Origin: Nitrospiraceae bacterium
Lineage (GTDB): Bacteria; Nitrospirota; Nitrospiria; Nitrospirales; UBA2166
Direction: 5' to 3'
Length of the DNA stretch: 64,000 bases
NCBI GenBank assembly: GCA_002726235.1
Contig: PBSN01000008.1
Location: 282,749-346,748, forward strand
A program made the position numbers and the translations under genes. Every line of letters starts with the position of its first letter. The stretch's first letter is position 1. The notes under the pieces were generated by a model. It ran no database searches. It saw only the letters and a program-made list of their open reading frames with translations, and was not told where the DNA came from. This document shows positions 60,847 through 64,000 of this stretch, piece after piece.

Positions 60847-62367
60847 GTGCCAACTAGCATTAAAGTCAAAAAGGGCCTTATCGAAAAAGAGCGTTCCGAG
60901 GCCATCATTATTCCGAAATATCAAGATGTTGGGAAACTTGACGGAGTTTTCGCACATCTAAATCGGGCGACAGGGGGACGCCTACGGGCACATCTCAACA
61001 GTGGAGAGTTTCAAGGAAAACTCAATCAGGTTTCTATTTTACATACGAATGGTGAATTGCCGGCAAAGCGAATTGTCCTCGTTGGTCTTGGAAAAAAACC
61101 GTTGGCGCGGCTAGACGCGATCCGTCAAGCAATGGGAACCGTCAGTAAAGTTATGCGCTCACTTGAGCTTACCTCGTTTACCCTTGTAGCCCCAGACAGA
61201 GGAATTGCGGGAATGCCTCTGGATACAACAATCCAGGCTATGATCGAAGGATGCCTCCTCGGACTTTACCAATTTCTGCACTATCAACCGAGTCGTGCAA
61301 AAGAGACGAAACTTGTTCAGGTAATTACGCTTGTAACTCGAGATGAGAAGGCAGTGAGCATGGTGCGAGCTGGCGCTCAACGGGGTCACACCATCGCTGA
61401 AGCTACAAACTCCGTTCGGGATTTGTGTAACCATCCATCTAATGTTTTGACGCCGACAACTTTAGCGGCGGAAGCAAAAACAATCGCAAAAGCACGGAGT
61501 ATTCAATGCACGATCTTGAATCGAGCGAAAGCCAGAAAACTCGGAATGGGTGCGTATCTCGGCGTAGCACAAGGTAGCCATGAACCTCCGCAATTTATTG
61601 TGCTCGAATACACTGGCGCAACCAAAGGGAAAAATCCCATCGTGCTTGTCGGGAAAGCGGTCACCTTTGATACTGGAGGCATCTCGCTCAAGCCATCAGA
61701 AAACATGGAGCGCATGAAGGCAGACATGACCGGAGGAGCCATTGTTCTTCAAGCAATTCGTGCGATTGCCACCCTGAAACTTCCAATCAATGTCGTTGGA
61801 ATTGTCCCCTCAACAGAAAATATGCCTGGAGGCCTGGCGACAAAACCAGGAGATATCCTGACAAGTCTCTCTGGCAAAACTATCGAAGTCTTAAATACTG
61901 ATGCGGAAGGGCGCCTTATTTTAGCCGATGCTCTAGCCTATGCGATGCGCTATAAACCTGTGGCGGTTATCGACATTGCCACGCTTACTGGGGCAGTGTT
62001 CATCTCGCTTGGATGCCATGCCATCGGCCTTTTGGGAAACAATGACACTCTCATTGATCGTGTCAAAAGAGTAGGGGACTCTATTGGTGAACGGGCGTGG
62101 CAACTTCCACTGTGGGATGAATATAAAGAGCAAATAAAAAGCGACGTCGCAGATGTTCGTAATATTGGTGGTCGAGGGGGTGGAACAATTACAGCAGCGG
62201 CTTTTCTCAGTCATTTTGTCGACGATAAGTATCCATGGGTACATCTCGATATTGCAGGTACGGATTGGGGGGAATCTGCACGACCCTATATTCCCAAAGG
62301 CCCAACAGGAATTGGTGCACGGCTAGTCATTGAGCTCCTTCGAGACCTCTCATCAAAACCTTTATGA
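60847..62367 (+). CDS. pepA: Leucyl aminopeptidase (M17)
   Basis: GKAVTFDTGG, MKADM, NTDAEGRL, HLDIAG; AAGGAGG before GTG 60847. Confidence 0.96.
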   Translation: MPTSIKVKKGLIEKERSEAIIIPKYQDVGKLDGVFAHLNRATGGRLRAHLNSGEFQGKLNQVSILHTNGELPAKRIVLVGLGKKPLARLDAIRQAMGTVSKVMRSLELTSFTLVAPDRGIAGMPLDTTIQAMIEGCLLGLYQFLHYQPSRAKETKLVQVITLVTRDEKAVSMVRAGAQRGHTIAEATNSVRDLCNHPSNVLTPTTLAAEAKTIAKARSIQCTILNRAKARKLGMGAYLGVAQGSHEPPQFIVLEYTGATKGKNPIVLVGKAVTFDTGGISLKPSENMERMKADMTGGAIVLQAIRAIATLKLPINVVGIVPSTENMPGGLATKPGDILTSLSGKTIEVLNTDAEGRLILADALAYAMRYKPVAVIDIATLTGAVFISLGCHAIGLLGNNDTLIDRVKRVGDSIGERAWQLPLWDEYKEQIKSDVADVRNIGGRGGGTITAAAFLSHFVDDKYPWVHLDIAGTDWGESARPYIPKGPTGIGARLVIELLRDLSSKPL

Positions 62368-63464
62368 ATCTAAAAGAGAAAATTGGCCAGCTATTCATTC
62401 TAGGATTTCATGGAACCACTGTCTCAGCTGATCTCGCGCACATGCTTTCTTCCCACAAGCCGGGCGGTGTCATTCTATTTGCACGGAACCTCGCCGACCC
62501 CATTCAGGTTGCTACACTTGCTAACGAACTACAATCACACTCTCCTGCAACACCTCTTTGGATCTCCATTGACCATGAGGGAGGAACAGTTTTTCGTTTC
62601 CAAAATGGTCTTACTCCATTGCCTGCTAGTGGTGAACTTGGACGACACAATTCAGAAGAACTTGTCACGTCTGTGGCATCGGTCGGCGCGTGCGAACTTA
62701 GTGCGATAGGAGTAAATGTCAATTACGCTCCTGTGCTTGATCTGAATACCAATCCTGATAATCCCGTTATCGGTGAGCGGAGCTTTGGGGCTGACCCAGA
62801 GAAGGTCTCTCGTTTAGGGTTGGCGATTATCATGGCATATCACGAACAAAGGATCATGGCATGTGGAAAACACTTTCCTGGCCACGGCGATACCGATGCG
62901 GATTCACATCATGAACTTCCAGTGGTTTCTCTGTCAGCAGAACGACTTCGAGAACGCGAATGTCGGCCATTCCATACCCTCATTACAAAAGGCCTGCCCG
63001 CGATCATGACCGCCCATGTGCAATATCCACAGCTTGATAAGCACTATCCGGCGAGTTTGTCACGATTGATTCAGACAGGGCTTCTCCGCGAGCAACTTCG
63101 GTTTAACGGTCTCATTTTCAGCGATGATCTTGAGATGTCAGCGATCATTGACCACACTGATATTTGTGAGGCCGCCATCATCGCGATCGAAGCTGGAACA
63201 GATCATCTCCTCATCTGCCATGACGATAAGCGACAGACCGCTGCCATGAATGCTGTCTACAAGGCAGTAACCGACGGACGTATTGCGATGTCACGCATTG
63301 ACGCATCCTTCAACCGGATTATCCATTACAAAAAGCAATATGCTTTTCCACATGTCCCTACGGATCCCGCGACGGTAAAAAAGTTAGTGGGAATTGCCGC
63401 ACACAGACATATAGTGGATAGGGTATACACCACGGCTTCTGCTTCCTCCTTATATTCTGCGTAA
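62364..63464 (+). CDS. nagZ: Beta-N-acetylhexosaminidase (GH3)
   Basis: DHEGG, APVLD, KHFPGHGDTDADSH, SDDLEM. Confidence 0.95.
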   Translation: MNLKEKIGQLFILGFHGTTVSADLAHMLSSHKPGGVILFARNLADPIQVATLANELQSHSPATPLWISIDHEGGTVFRFQNGLTPLPASGELGRHNSEELVTSVASVGACELSAIGVNVNYAPVLDLNTNPDNPVIGERSFGADPEKVSRLGLAIIMAYHEQRIMACGKHFPGHGDTDADSHHELPVVSLSAERLRERECRPFHTLITKGLPAIMTAHVQYPQLDKHYPASLSRLIQTGLLREQLRFNGLIFSDDLEMSAIIDHTDICEAAIIAIEAGTDHLLICHDDKRQTAAMNAVYKAVTDGRIAMSRIDASFNRIIHYKKQYAFPHVPTDPATVKKLVGIAAHRHIVDRVYTTASASSLYSA

Positions 63465-63469
63465 CTGCA

Positions 63470-64000
63470 ATGCGAACAGCATCTGATTTTCCATGCGAGA
63501 ACGGGAGAGATCCAGTTACTCGTCGTGAGATTTTTGCATGGTGTTTCTTTGACTTTGCAAACTCCTCCTTTGCGATCCTGATCCTCACTCTCGGCTACAG
63601 CGTCTACTTTGTACAGGTTGTCGCGAGTACATCAGAGCACAACCCGGAACAGTTATGGAGTTGGGGGTATGCATGTTCAATGTTTTTGGTCGCGCTGTGT
63701 GCTCCAATTTTGGGAGCAACCGCTGATGCAACGGCTACGAAAAAACGTTGGCTGGGGTGGTGTACGGCACTCTGCGTCAGCAGTACGGCAAGCCTGTTTT
63801 TTGTGCTCCCAGGCGATATCTGGTTTGGTCTTATTGTCTTTGGTCTGGCCAACATTGGATTCGATCTCGGATTTATGCTTTACAGCGCATTTCTGGTAGA
63901 AATCTCGACCAGATCGAATATGGGGAGAGTCTCCGGCTACGGTTGGGGGTTGGGGTATCTGGGAGGGATTCTCGCGCTGGCGCTTGCCTATCCTCTGCTC
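63470..64000 (+). CDS. MFS transporter (UMF1/Atg22-like), partial (runs off window end)
   Basis: Manual translation is open to the end: AWCFFDFANSSF, APILGATAD..KKRW, GRVSGYGWGLGYLGG. Confidence 0.88.
   Translation, partial: MRTASDFPCENGRDPVTRREIFAWCFFDFANSSFAILILTLGYSVYFVQVVASTSEHNPEQLWSWGYACSMFLVALCAPILGATADATATKKRWLGWCTALCVSSTASLFFVLPGDIWFGLIVFGLANIGFDLGFMLYSAFLVEISTRSNMGRVSGYGWGLGYLGGILALALAYPLL

Noticed and set aside
225..63899. The many 60-190 aa ORFs antisense to or overlapping core genes
   Set aside because: Shadow frames of well-supported genes with no recognisable motifs
1..64000. CRISPR array, rRNA, intact IS or prophage, defence or toxin-antitoxin system
   Set aside because: No repeat-spacer periodicity and no recognisable rRNA, transposase, phage structural or defence genes were seen

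Overview
Mostly core bacterial chromosome; gene content and order suggest a Nitrospirota-like organism (inference, not verified). In order: pheA-hisC-tyrA-aroA-cmk-rpsA-sppA-ihfB; M23 peptidase plus bactofilin; metK; a System II cytochrome c maturation cluster; aroE; ispE-prs-rplY-pth-rpsF-ssb-rpsR-yceD-rpmF-plsX-fab cluster-rnc-cyclophilin; tRNA-Val-thrS-infC-rpmI-rplT; murJ; mfd-surA; a two-subunit biotin carboxylase; mazG; uppP; trxA-recN-coaE-trxB-thiI-queG-queE-pepA-nagZ-MFS. I found no intact novel multi-gene system, CRISPR array or complete mobile element. The unusual signals are: (1) a collapsed genomic-island relic at tRNA-Gly(GCC) (about 44.5-46.0 kb) with fragments of a tyrosine integrase, a carbamoyltransferase and a B12-binding radical SAM protein; (2) an eroded pilC pseudogene after aroE; (3) pth with no ATG/GTG/TTG upstream of its catalytic N-terminus, and infC starting at ATC; (4) trxB split by a one-base frameshift; (5) a possible GC-skew change near 38-46 kb. 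All protein identifications are by motif recognition, without database searches.
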